From an uncultured Acidimicrobiaceae bacterium (GTDB lineage: Bacteria; Actinomycetota; Acidimicrobiia; Acidimicrobiales; RAAP-2): DNA of 64,000 bases. The notes under the pieces are model-generated. The model was not told the DNA's origin, ran no database searches, and saw nothing but the letters and a program-made list of their open reading frames with translations. Where the stretch lies: positions 126,559 through 190,558 of the forward strand of contig CAWDPK010000006.1 of assembly GCA_963804255.1 (NCBI GenBank), given 5' to 3'. The number at the start of each line of letters is the position of its first letter. The first letter of the stretch is position 1. Made by a program: the position numbers and the translations under genes. Shown here in pieces: positions 16,913-26,971 of this stretch.

Positions 16913-17812
16913 ATGGTTCCCGAACAGGCAGCCATCGCCAATGCGTACCTTGACCACCTGACATCCGAAGACCTCGTCCTGCTCGTCCCCGGCGGCTCAG
17001 ACGCTCTTCACACCGGCCACGGCCAGGCACTTCTGCACTTGCACCCAGAAGGACTCGAGGAGTACTTGGCGTCACCCCGAGTGTTCGGCGCTGTCTTTGC
17101 GACGGCCGGTGAGGCCGACACCCTCGTTGGCGCTTCGCCATTCCTCGTCTTCGCCGTGGCCGTACACCGTGCAGCCATCGAGCTCAATGCGACGAGCTAC
17201 GTCTCAGAGTGGTTGGGCCTGGGGCGTCGTGCCCCGGTATTTGACGCCGTCCAGCTGCGTGACTTCCTGGCAGCGCCATGGCGCCGGCTGTTCTTGGCGG
17301 AGTTGCTGGCGTCGTACACACACGTGGCCAGTGGATCAGTGCTTGTCTCAACTCGTAGAGGCTGGCGCAGACAACGTTTCTCGGAGCTTGATCCCGTACG
17401 TCTCGCCGGTTTGCTCGAGGTGATCTCGGAGAGCGAACGTCCGGGAATCCTGCGCCGGCTCGGAGACCTCACGCTGTTCCTGACCGGAGTGTTCCCCGAC
17501 TACGTGGCCCGTCGGGGTTTTGGGCCGATCGAGGAGAGCCGACTGTTGCGTGCAGGTGGGATGGTCAACCGTCAGAAATCCCCCCCTAGCGAGCTTAAGT
17601 GGATGGGAGTCGGCGACGGCGGGGCGGTTGGTCTTCTCGAACAGCTCGGTCGACGGTGGTACCGGGCAGCCTTCGATGCTCTTCCTCGACCGGTTTCCGG
17701 GAACGTCGCTGTGCTGGGTGAACTCCCTGAACGTTTCAGCGACGCGCGGCGGATCTTGAATTTTGTGACCGAGCGATTCCTCTTTCATCACCGGGACCGT
17801 TGGTTCGGTTAG
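16913..17812 (+). CDS. hypothetical protein (no family recognised)
   Basis: 299-aa ATG-start ORF with good coding character, divergent from the Mut7-C gene. Confidence 0.6.
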   Translation: MVPEQAAIANAYLDHLTSEDLVLLVPGGSDALHTGHGQALLHLHPEGLEEYLASPRVFGAVFATAGEADTLVGASPFLVFAVAVHRAAIELNATSYVSEWLGLGRRAPVFDAVQLRDFLAAPWRRLFLAELLASYTHVASGSVLVSTRRGWRRQRFSELDPVRLAGLLEVISESERPGILRRLGDLTLFLTGVFPDYVARRGFGPIEESRLLRAGGMVNRQKSPPSELKWMGVGDGGAVGLLEQLGRRWYRAAFDALPRPVSGNVAVLGELPERFSDARRILNFVTERFLFHHRDRWFG

Positions 17813-17920
17813 GCGGCGAGTAGCGACGTAGTGCTCGCAGTTGCATCCGCCGGCTCTCCTACCCAGTGGCCATCATCGCCAGTGTTGACCAGGGGAAGAC
17901 AACCCCTCAGACGGACCCCT

Positions 17921-19795
17921 TCAAGGCTCACCTCGATCACTCTTCGGACCGAGAGATGCGACGGCCTCGCCGACCGAAGAAAAGAAGTGCGCGGCGCCGA
18001 TGCGTTCGAGCAGGCCGCTTCGGGCAAGGCCCTGGCGCAGGTGCGCTCCTGCCCGGGCCACGGCGACTTCGACATGGGCTCGATCGAGTTCGTCGAGCAC
18101 TTCGCGCAGTGCCCGAGACCCCGTGTAGTCGATGTCGCTCATGCCCATCGCATCGAGAACGAGAAGCCGAAGTATCCCTTCAGCGCGGGTCAGCGCGCTA
18201 TCCAACTCGGTGCGGAAATGAACTGCGTTCGCGTACCACAAGGGCGTCGCAAACAGCACGACCAGCACGCCAGGCTGTTGGACCGCATCTTCGCTGGTAC
18301 TAAGCGGTGCCCAGCTCGTCGTGTCCGAGATTCGACCGAGGACGTGCAGTTGAGGACGAGCGCTCAGTCGAGTGCGATCGAGGACGGCCAGACCGACCGC
18401 CACGGCGATGCCCTGCTCGACCCCAACGAGTGCCACCGTGAGCAAGGTGATCACCGTTAGCCCGAGCTCGAACCGGTCGAAGCGAGCAATGGCCACAAGC
18501 TCGCGGACATGGAAAATCCGCGTCGCGATGTAGATCAACACTCCAGCCAGCGTCGCCAAGGGGACGTCCTTCAGCAAACTCGCGGCCGGGATCAGCAGCG
18601 CGAGAGCGGCTGCCGCACCCAGCCCGGCAGCTTGGGTACGCCCTCCTGCCGAGGCCACCGCGGCGGTCCGAGGAGGACTCGCGTTCACCGGAAAGGAGCC
18701 GCACAGGCCCGACACGATGCTCCCCGCTCCTATCCCGACGAAGTCTCGCCCGACGTCGACCTCATAGCCTCCCTGGTCGGCGAAGGCACGACTCGTAGCC
18801 GCCGATTGACTGAGAACGACGAGCGCCACCACTCCGGCGATTGGCACGACACTTCCTAATGCCGACCACGACAGGCCCACTAACCCGAAGTGAGGCGCGC
18901 CGTGCGCAAAGCTCCCGAGAACCGTGACCCCATGAGAATGCAGGCCAAGAATCGCCACGACGATGGTGGACCCGACCAGCGCAGCGAGCGCTCCGGGGAG
19001 CCTGCGATCCACACGCTCGGCAACTATGACGATGGCGAAGGTGACCACACCGATGCCGAGAGCCCATCCGTTCGTGTGGTCGAGATGTCGCGCCACCGCT
19101 GCAATGCGGTGAAACGTCGAACCGCTCGTTGAGGACAGGCCCAGGAGGTCGGGGAGCTGATGCACGACGATGATGACCGCCACACCGGCGAGGAAGCCGG
19201 TGATAATCGGAGCCGACAGGAATTCGGCAATCCATCCAAGCCTCAGGAGACCCACGAGGGCCACGAAGGCTCCGACTATGACGGCGAGGATCCCAACCAA
19301 GTCGATGTAGTGGGGTGACCCGGTCGGAGCGAGGTGTGCGATCCCAACCGCGAAGAGTGGGGCGATCGTGGAGTCCGCTCCGACCGACATCTGCGGGTTT
19401 GACCCGAGTGCCGCGATTAGCACCGTGCCGGCGATAAACGCGTAGAAGGCGGTGATCGGGGGCATGCCGGCGAGTCTGGAGGTCGCTAGTTGCTCGGGCA
19501 CCGCGATGACGAGCAGCGTCACGGCTGCGAGCATGTCTGCTCCAGCAAATGATCGCTTGTAGCCGTGCAAAGACGCGAAGAGCGCTGCGGGCACCCGCCC
19601 GCGGATCCGTCTCCGCGCCCCAGAAAGCCACCTCCCCCTCGTCACCCGGTCATCATCGCCGATCGGACGGCTGCCGGCGGTCTTCGCTGCTCGCCGAGAC
19701 CAGCAATCTTGGGGGGGGGTCGCTATGGCGTCCGAGCCATGCCGATCTGCTGGGGAAAGCGGCCGAGACGACCGGTGAAGTCGCTCACGTACCAC
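17921..19795 (-). CDS. SulP family inorganic anion transporter with C-terminal STAS domain
   Basis: GADMLAAVTLLVIAVPEQLATSRLAGMPP, ITGFLAGVAVIIVVHQLPDLLG, and a STAS tail LVLDAMGMSDIDYTGSRALREVLDEL. The true start may be downstream of 19795. Confidence 0.9.
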   Translation of the reverse strand: MVRERLHRSSRPLSPADRHGSDAIATPPQDCWSRRAAKTAGSRPIGDDDRVTRGRWLSGARRRIRGRVPAALFASLHGYKRSFAGADMLAAVTLLVIAVPEQLATSRLAGMPPITAFYAFIAGTVLIAALGSNPQMSVGADSTIAPLFAVGIAHLAPTGSPHYIDLVGILAVIVGAFVALVGLLRLGWIAEFLSAPIITGFLAGVAVIIVVHQLPDLLGLSSTSGSTFHRIAAVARHLDHTNGWALGIGVVTFAIVIVAERVDRRLPGALAALVGSTIVVAILGLHSHGVTVLGSFAHGAPHFGLVGLSWSALGSVVPIAGVVALVVLSQSAATSRAFADQGGYEVDVGRDFVGIGAGSIVSGLCGSFPVNASPPRTAAVASAGGRTQAAGLGAAAALALLIPAASLLKDVPLATLAGVLIYIATRIFHVRELVAIARFDRFELGLTVITLLTVALVGVEQGIAVAVGLAVLDRTRLSARPQLHVLGRISDTTSWAPLSTSEDAVQQPGVLVVLFATPLWYANAVHFRTELDSALTRAEGILRLLVLDAMGMSDIDYTGSRALREVLDELDRAHVEVAVARAGAHLRQGLARSGLLERIGAAHFFSSVGEAVASLGPKSDRGEP

Positions 19796-20069
19796 CCGGA
19801 TTTATGCCGCTACCGGCTCGCATCATCAAGGCCATAGACCCAACGTCCGTCGTGGGTCAGTTGCCAGCGCTCAAGTGCGTACCGAGAATGCGAGACCTCC
19901 AGCTGGAGCCATGCGACGCCGATCTCCGTTTCGAGTGTCGATTGAAGCCATCAACTTGGCCGACACCGAGGGCATCATTGTAGGGACCTTGGCGAGCATC
20001 ACGTGGGACCGGTCTGTTCGGCCGTGGCCGGGAGGATCTGCGCGGCGGTGTCGTGAGCCCTTGTCGCCC

Positions 20070-20522
20070 TCACGTGGCGCCCCCTGTTCGGGCGCTCCTG
20101 TTGTCCTTGGGGACGATCACGACCGGGCAGCGGCTGTGTTGGGCACACTTGGTGCTCACCGACCCGAGCAGCATGCCGGCGAAGCCGCCACGCCCGCGTG
20201 AACCGACGACGATCAGGTCTGCATCGTCTGACCAAGCGCACAGAAGTTGCGCCGGATCTCCTTCGAGGACGACCGGACGGACCTCGACCACGGGATGCGG
20301 GCCGACGACCTCCGCGATGGTCTCAAGAAGGCGTTCCCTTGCCCCCTCGGTGATCTCCTTGTGATCAACGGGGTAATAGAACTTCGCGAAGTCGTACGGG
20401 CTCTCCCACACAATGATCGCATCGAGGACCGCCCCACGCGCCGCAGCCTCCTCAATGGCCCAGCGCAGAGCTCCGCGGGATCCTGCCGAGCCGTCGACAC
20501 CTACCAGGATCCGCCCCGCCAT
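20070..20522 (-). CDS. universal stress protein (UspA family)
   Basis: RILVGVDGSAGSRGALRWAIEEA, DLIVVGSRGRGGFAGMLLGSVSTKCAQHSRCPVVIV. Confidence 0.9.
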   Translation of the reverse strand: MAGRILVGVDGSAGSRGALRWAIEEAAARGAVLDAIIVWESPYDFAKFYYPVDHKEITEGARERLLETIAEVVGPHPVVEVRPVVLEGDPAQLLCAWSDDADLIVVGSRGRGGFAGMLLGSVSTKCAQHSRCPVVIVPKDNRSARTGGAT

Positions 20523-21319
20523 CCCCTCGTCTCCCTACCCGAATTCCAACGCCATGGCTCCCCAACGCACAACGTCTAGGGCAGCATGATGGCACTGCGG
20601 ACGAGCGTGGAGCTGAGCTGGCCGACGGCGGGCCGGACCGACACTACGACAACCACCCGAACTTCCTCCGTGCATGCCATTCCATCACTCTTCGCGCTGA
20701 CCATCGGTGGCCAACAGGGCCGAAGGTCCCCTTCTTTGTGGGCGGCAATCACCACGGGCGCAGTCGCCCAGGCACTTCGGACTGCCCGGAAGGACCGGTC
20801 ACCTGGGAATAGGCGCTGTCGCATCGTGGCCAATGAGCAATCGATACGGTGGAACGGGGAACCCGAGGCGGGCGCCGATGCGGTGCTGTCCAGTCTTGTC
20901 GATCCTCCGGCGACTCCTCCACCTGGTCGTCGAAGAGCTACTCGAGGTGGGTGCTGCCGTCACCGCCGTGCGAATTGAGATCCTGTCGCGGCGTCGATTG
21001 CGCGGCAAGAGCTGGTACCACACGGCGAGCTATCGCCGCGACTGGTAACAGTGGCGCAAGGCCTGCGAATGAGGGTTCGGGCCTCCAAGCCGGGATGATG
21101 TTTCGTTAGTCAGGGCGGAGGCTCGTCAGAGACCACTGGGCTTTCTGACCATCGGAGACCTATCTCGCGGCCCGACGTCGCTCTAAGGACCTTCGGCCCT
21201 ACTCCAAATGAGTCCACTGCGATATTGGTTTATGGCCAGACCACATCGGATGAGCATCCACAGGGTGATCCCCGGCTGGCTGATGAGACCAGCGTGGATC
21301 CCGAAGGCAGGAGAAGAGC

Positions 21320-21511
21320 ATGGAGCGGGGTATAGGAAAGGTCACGACTGCCGGCACGAGCCTTATGTGCTCGTTGTGTGGATCGCAATGGGAGGATCAT
21401 CACCCATTCACTGATGAAGAATTCACTTCGATGGAGGGATGCATTCAGGCCATCGGTCGCCGGATCGCCGAACTCGACGTCCGCACAGCGCACATCGGCG
21501 GCAACATTTGA
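21320..21511 (+). CDS. small hypothetical protein
   Basis: AGGAG SD 6 nt before the ATG. 63 aa with a CSLCG motif, in a lower-GC patch. Confidence 0.4.
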   Translation: MERGIGKVTTAGTSLMCSLCGSQWEDHHPFTDEEFTSMEGCIQAIGRRIAELDVRTAHIGGNI

Positions 21512-21624
21512 CTGGTGACCGACATGTCCTCAGTAGTCGCGCATTCCCGTGCGCGACCGACAAATAATCAGTCGCGCGGCCGGTCACTGGCAGTGTGACG
21601 ACTTATAGGCTGAGAGCCACGCTG

Positions 21625-21965
21625 TTGGAGGCGATCAGCTGCCGGACCGGCGACGGCGCTCTTGAGCTCGTCGTTCGGCCCTATTCCGCGCGCGCTCCCG
21701 GGACCACTGATCCCGTTGGGATTCCCAGCCCTCGGGTAGCGCCGCCAACTCTCGTTCGGACGCGCTCGATGTCGTAGGAGGCGCCGTCCACGAGGGCTCC
21801 CCACACTTGCCCTGAGACCACAGATCCCAGCATGTGAAGGACCTCGTGGCGTTCGTAGCCAGCGGAGGTGAGCCGCTTCGCCGTCAGCCACATCTCTGGT
21901 AGGTCGTCGGCCCAGAGCTGGTTTGTGACGATCTCATACATCGCGATGTGAAGTCGAGGATTCAT
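21625..21965 (-). pseudogene. DUF1841-like protein, frameshifted
   Basis: NPRLHIAMYEIVTNQLWADDLPEMWLTAKRLTSAGYERHEVLHMLGSVVS resembles DUF1841 as I recall it. The expected tail ELAALPEGWESQR is in another frame after about 21740. Confidence 0.4.
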
Positions 21966-22345
21966 GACCTGTCTCCGCGGCTTCTGTCGAGTCCCAGACG
22001 TAGAAATTGGTGGCCTGCTGGTTCTTCTCATCGAACGTGAAGAACTTGAACCGCAAGCCTGGCATGCCCTCGAACATTCCCCGGTGCCCCCTTCTGTGGA
22101 TGGCTGAGCCACCTCGCCAGGCTGGCGAAGCTGCGCGTTGCAGCGCGACGCCGGCGTAGTCCGAGTACCGGGAAGCCGTTATCGCGGGCACTTGCATGGG
22201 ACTCGGCAGACTACTAAGCGGCTGCCGACTCCTCAAGGGATCAACCCGCCCTGTGAACTGAAATGGGTCATACCCCATGCGTCGGTTTGGTTGCCGCGTC
22301 GGTTTGGTTGTCGAGCATCTGGAGCGACGTTGCCGGGCAGCTCGA

Positions 22346-22876
22346 CTATCGGTCGATCGCCTTCGGTTGGCCCGATCGGAGCTCCTCGGCTCGGTCGTTC
22401 ATCCGCCGTCCCCTGGCCACCCATTCGCCGCGGAAGGCAGCAATGCGTGCGAGCCGATCATCGATCCGAACCACCAGCCGATCGTGCGCGTCGATGGCCT
22501 CCTCGAGCAGCCGGAGCCTGTGGACAATCGGGGCTCCGCTCTGACGCGCTTGGCGAGCCCGATCGACGGCGTCCTCGGACTTGAGAACGGCTCCGATCTC
22601 GGCCAGGGTGAGACCAAGCAGTTCCTGGAGTTCGCGGATGTGGGTGACCCGCCCGAGCTCTGCCGGTGAGTAAAGCCTCTCTCCACTTTCTCGATATCCA
22701 ACTGGCTGCAGTAGGCCGTTCTCCTCCCAGTAGCGGAGTGTTCGAGCAGTCAGTCCGGATCGCTCCGATACCTCTCTTATCCGCAACAGCCGACCCTCGT
22801 CGGCGACCGACGCTGCGACGTCCACGTGGTTTGGCGCTGATCGTCCGATGCGTGGATTCGCGGCCTGGCGCGTCAC
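22346..22876 (-). CDS. MerR family transcriptional regulator
   Basis: LLRIREVSERSGLTARTLRYWEENGLLQP...GERLYSPAELGRVTHIRELQELLGLTLAEI. The GTG start overlaps the MFS stop (GTGA). Confidence 0.9.
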   Translation of the reverse strand: MTRQAANPRIGRSAPNHVDVAASVADEGRLLRIREVSERSGLTARTLRYWEENGLLQPVGYRESGERLYSPAELGRVTHIRELQELLGLTLAEIGAVLKSEDAVDRARQARQSGAPIVHRLRLLEEAIDAHDRLVVRIDDRLARIAAFRGEWVARGRRMNDRAEELRSGQPKAIDR

Positions 22877-24627
22877 GGCGAGACTCCCTCCGGGGAGGAA
22901 CCGAGGCTTACTTCTGACCCATAGCCGTTGGCCGAGGAAAGTAGCTCGTCGGCGGTGCCGGGCTCGGCCACCATAACCAGATCATCAGAATGTGCATCTC
23001 GGTACATGTACTTGCCACCACGCAGCCATGAGGCACCTGCCGCCACGAGGGATGCCCCGATGGAAAAGTCGAACGCGGTGTGCAGACCGTTATGGAATGG
23101 GCCGGAGATGAGATTAGGGAAGAACGAGCGGCCCTCCAGGATTGCCGCGTGGCCTGCGGGCAGATGCGCCAGCACCGAGGCTCCCAGAAGATGTTTCATC
23201 GGATTGACGCCCAAGAATGCGGCGAACAGTGTCGACACCGGCGGGAGATGGGCCACCCGGGCAGCCACGTTCGCCGAGACCCCCTGGTTCACCAGGCCGT
23301 GATAGAGGGTGGTCGGCAACACGCTCGAAAGTCCGACAATCATGAGCGAGAAGAAGATCCCGATCGAAAGCACTTGGGCCGAGTTCTGGAAGGTGGTCAT
23401 CATGCCCGACCCGGCACCTCGATGTTCGGCAGGGAGGCTATTCATCACCCCGGCTTGGTTTGGTGACATAAACAAGCCGTTGCTCAGGCCCATAAGGAAC
23501 AGCAGGGGAGCGAACGTCCAATAGCCGAAGTTGACTGGAAGCAGCTCGAGAAGGACGAAGGCGACTGCTGTGCAGACCATCCCCCCGGTTGCGAACGGCC
23601 GAGCCCCGTAGCGATCGGAGAGGATTCCGGAGACCGGTCCGGCGATGAGAAACCCGAGGGTTAGCGGCAGCATGTAAATGCCCGCCCACAGCGGGGTGCG
23701 GGCAAAGTCGTATCCGTGCAGGGGCAGCCAAATCCCTTGGAGCCAGATGATGAGCATGAACATCAGCCCGCCTCGGCCGACAGCGGAGAGGAAGCTGGCC
23801 AGGACTCCCGCGCTGAATGCCCGGATGCGGAACAGCGGCAGTCGGAACATGGGTTCAGCAGTGTGCCTCTCGATGACCACGAATACCATCAGCAGAGCCA
23901 CCCCCGAGCTCAACTCGGTGATGACCACCGGACTCATCCAACCCATGGTGTGGTTGCGGTAGGGCTCGATGCCATATGTGATCCCGATCATCACCGCGAT
24001 CAGCCCGAGGGCGAAGGTGATGTTGCCGGCCCAGTCGATCGAGGTCTTCCGGGGGGGAGTGAGATCGTGAAGCATCCTGTAGGCCCACACCGTGCAGAAC
24101 AGCCCGATGGGCACTGACACGAGGAAGATTAACCGCCAGTTGATGGGGGCCAAGAGGCCTCCGAGAACGAGCCCGATGAAGGTTCCGCTAGTCGCAAACA
24201 CCCCGTTGATCCCGAGCGCCAGACCACGCTGGTTGGACGGAAACGCGTCGGTCAGGATTGCTCTTGAGTTGGCGAACACCATGGCCCCGCCCACGCCTTG
24301 AAAGATTCGTATGACGATCAGCCAGATCGCCCCGTCCGTTCCCGACATCCATGTGACTGTGAGGAGGAGCGAGAAAAACGTGAAGAGGGCAAAACCGAGG
24401 TTGTAGACCTTCACCCGACCGTACATGTCACCCAACCGGCCAAGGCTCACGACCAGCACGCTGGTAACCACCAGAAATCCCAGGATCATCCACAGCAGAT
24501 AGAAGCTATTGCCGGGTCGGAGAGGGTCGAGCCCGATTCCCCGGAAGATGTCGGGCATCGCGATCAGCACAATGGACCCGTCGATCGTGGCCATCAGCAC
24601 GCCCAACGTGGTGTTCACGAGGGCCAC
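22873..24627 (-). CDS. MFS transporter, DHA2 family (paralog of 7807..9636)
   Basis: NTTLGVLMATIDGSIVLIAMPDIFRGIGLDPL, LGRLGDMYGRVKVYNLGF. The reading frame stays open upstream (…DGYKWVAL) without an ATG, GTG or TTG, so the start is uncertain. Confidence 0.9.
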   Translation of the reverse strand: MALVNTTLGVLMATIDGSIVLIAMPDIFRGIGLDPLRPGNSFYLLWMILGFLVVTSVLVVSLGRLGDMYGRVKVYNLGFALFTFFSLLLTVTWMSGTDGAIWLIVIRIFQGVGGAMVFANSRAILTDAFPSNQRGLALGINGVFATSGTFIGLVLGGLLAPINWRLIFLVSVPIGLFCTVWAYRMLHDLTPPRKTSIDWAGNITFALGLIAVMIGITYGIEPYRNHTMGWMSPVVITELSSGVALLMVFVVIERHTAEPMFRLPLFRIRAFSAGVLASFLSAVGRGGLMFMLIIWLQGIWLPLHGYDFARTPLWAGIYMLPLTLGFLIAGPVSGILSDRYGARPFATGGMVCTAVAFVLLELLPVNFGYWTFAPLLFLMGLSNGLFMSPNQAGVMNSLPAEHRGAGSGMMTTFQNSAQVLSIGIFFSLMIVGLSSVLPTTLYHGLVNQGVSANVAARVAHLPPVSTLFAAFLGVNPMKHLLGASVLAHLPAGHAAILEGRSFFPNLISGPFHNGLHTAFDFSIGASLVAAGASWLRGGKYMYRDAHSDDLVMVAEPGTADELLSSANGYGSEVSLGSSPEGVSP

Positions 24628-24750
24628 CCACTTGTAGCCGTCCGATCGCTGAGCCGCGGTGGGTGTCAGCGATAGAGCAGCGGTTCGGGTGGGAAGGGAA
24701 CCGTCCGAGGAGGCGCTTTTCGAGCTCTGCGTGCGTATGCGGATTCCCGG

Positions 24751-24779
24751 AACATATGTGCGGTTAACGCAAACGTCAA
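24751..24779 (-). promoter_or_regulatory. candidate promoter TTGACG-17 nt-TATGTT upstream of the MFS-MerR operon
   Basis: Minus strand reads TTGACGtttgcgttaaccgcacaTATGTT. The spacer contains a short imperfect palindrome tgcg-ttaac-cgca. Confidence 0.35.
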
Positions 24780-25143
24780 CCCACGCCGGTGGGCGGATTC
24801 GGTGGCCGTGCCCAAAGGTTCCGGGCCGCGGTTATCACGTCGACCGTGGGCGTCGTCGATCCGGTGCAGGTGTCCGGGGGCTACAACGAATGGGTGTCCA
24901 CGGGCAAGCAAAAATGCACCCGACCGCGCAAAATCACGGTGCGCAGCTTCCGTCGCCATCTGAATCCACCATCTCGCTCTAATCGAACCCAATCAGCTGC
25001 TCGCCACTTGTCGCCGATCGTCTCTCTCGGTCCTTCGACACATGGTCTGAGCTAGGGAATAGATGTCCAACGACTTACGCCCGCCGCCGCCCAGACTGAA
25101 GTGTCGGCTCGGCAAACTCGTGCTGTTCGACATGCCAGGAGCA

Positions 25144-25907
25144 TTACGTGAGCGTGATTCGCGTCGCCGAGTAATAGGCAGCAACAAGGCGACTGGCCGA
25201 ACAGACCGCGTTGACAAAATAGGTTCCAGGCGTGAGATTGGCTGGAACTTGGATGGTCGCAGTCCAATATCCCGATGGCTCTATGACCGACGTGGTTCCG
25301 ATCCCGGTTCCTCCCAAGGGCCCGGCGTTCGACTCAGATTCACGGCGGCGTAGTACGGGTAATTCAGCGGAGGCTCTGGGCACGATCCGATAGGACTGAC
25401 AAATAGCGACGAACCGGCCGCAACGGTGGTCGAACTCACGCCCAGAATCCGAAATGTACGGACGGTAATGGTCGCGTCCTTGTAATCGAATATTACGGCC
25501 CTAGTGGTGGGGTTTACACACGATGCCACAACCCCTTGACGACCGAGTCGGGTGTCATCAGCAATTTGGATTTGGATCTTCCATGAACCGTCCGGACTAG
25601 GCCTGACCTTCAGGAGGGTTCCAAGGGTATAGGCGAGTCCGCCGAAGCTAACAGCGACGGCGTCACCCTCGGAACAGGAAGTGCCTGCAAAGGTTGCTGA
25701 TTTGCCGACGGTCAGGATCGAAGGTGCTACCGAGAATGAGCCCCTGGTCGCAACCGACGTTGTCGTGCTCGATGCCGGCGGCGATGTCACGGTTACAGCC
25801 GTTGGGGAAGCGCTTGGCTGTTGTCTTACGCCGAGTCCGGCCGCCAGGACCGTGAGCAAGATCAGTACCAGGAGAGTCATCCAGGGCGGCCAGTGCTGCT
25901 CGAGCAC
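25144..25907 (-). CDS. membrane-anchored protein with two beta-sandwich-like repeats, apparent frameshift near 25335
   Basis: N-terminal TM MTLLVLILLTVLAAGLG and a Ser/Thr-rich linker. Two similar modules each end with a ...C....YY/FDY...ITV pattern. The second module continues in ORF 25144..25383 (GPLGGTGIGTTSVIEPSGYWTATIQVPANLTPGTYFVNAVC). Confidence 0.5.
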
Positions 25908-26062
25908 AGCTGAGTCGTCCCTCCTTCTCTTGGCTGTGCGGCTCCGGGCGGCGTCTTCGCCGGCACCGAGGAGGCGTCACGGGAAGAGCAGTCTGCAATT
26001 CGTTCTCGCGCGCCGTGTCCCACACGTCTCCATGACAAGGCGTCTCGGGGCAAACAGTTGAC

Positions 26063-26374
26063 CTACCCGCTCTGCGAGTGACGATGCATCTCTCCAGCGT
26101 GAGCGAACCATTCGGCCCGTGTCGGAGGTGGCACGTTTGCCTGTGCCATCGCTGGGCCTAGGTCCTTTTGCATGAACTCTTCCTGAGCTGCCTTCGATTC
26201 CCACACTTCAACGACAACGAGCTTGTCGCCCGACTCGCCGGCCACGTGGTGGAGGAGGGGAGGCGGCCAGTCCCCTGAACCGGTAGAGGGATCGACATTG
26301 AGAATGCCAGACACCTTCCGGTACAGCTCGACTGCTTTGGGCGAATTGAACTCAAGGACGAGAACGTCCGGCAT
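26063..26374 (-). CDS. small ABM-fold-like protein
   Basis: AAAGGAAG SD before ATG 26374. MPDVLVLEFNSPKAVELYRKVSG...KLVVVEVWESKAAQEEFMQKDLGPAM. Confidence 0.55.
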   Translation of the reverse strand: MPDVLVLEFNSPKAVELYRKVSGILNVDPSTGSGDWPPPLLHHVAGESGDKLVVVEVWESKAAQEEFMQKDLGPAMAQANVPPPTRAEWFAHAGEMHRHSQSG

Positions 26375-26755
26375 GGCTGTGCTTCCTTTCACTTTGGCTG
26401 ACGTGGGGCAGACGTGGGGTCCGTCCAAGGGTCCATCGTCATCCCGAAGAGGACACCACACTTGGCCCGCAAAGGGCCTCGTGGCCGGATGCTACTCACC
26501 AAGGTCGTTCTTGCGCTTGCGAGACCCACGGGGACCCCCCCGAGCGTGGCCCGACAGCCGGCCAAGTGGCCGCCCCCGAGCGATCGGCGGTTGGACCTCC
26601 TCGACCGCCTTGGAAGCACAACGGGCCCCCACCGGCGGGATCGTTCCCCGCCGCCCACCCTGAGTGCGAACGAGCTCATATACCGCTCGCGAAGTGCCGC
26701 CAATTTCAGGTCTGACAAGCGTTCGGCGGTTGCATTTGTCCGTCATCCTCGAACA

Positions 26756-26971
26756 TCAGAGCGACTCGCGAAGCCGCGCGCTCTGCGTCCTAGTGCTCCG
26801 AGATGCGAACAACGATAAAGCCAGCCCTGGAGAGTCGCGGACGACGTTCCGGGCCAGCTTGGAAGCCCAGTGTGTGGTGTTGGCCCCCGGTTTCGTGCCG
26901 TGTTCCGGACACGCGTGCCAGAAGCATCCATCCAGGAAGATGGCCGCGCGCACCTCGCGGTCGTCAGGCCG
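26756..26971 (-). pseudogene. vsr: very-short-patch repair endonuclease (Vsr) remnant, N-terminal third missing
   Basis: RPDDREVRAAIFLDGCFWHACPEHGTKPGANTTHWASKLARNVVRD matches the Vsr core (RPD...F.DGCFWH.C....P..N..(F/Y)W..K...N..RD). The fragment starts at the stop codon of the amidohydrolase gene, and the sequence after RD is degenerate. Confidence 0.6.

Noticed and set aside
20576-21023. Possible degenerate second USP domain upstream of the intact USP gene
   Set aside because: Only vague pattern matches (LLIGHDAT…, APVVIAAHKEG…, …LSSTLVRSAIMLP), spread over two frames. This is too weak to call.
21934-22278. YdhR/ABM-like fragment (MFEGMPGLRFKFFTFDEKNQQATNFYVWDSTEAAE)
   Set aside because: Only about 35 residues resemble the family. 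The N- and C-terminal parts are not recoverable in any frame.
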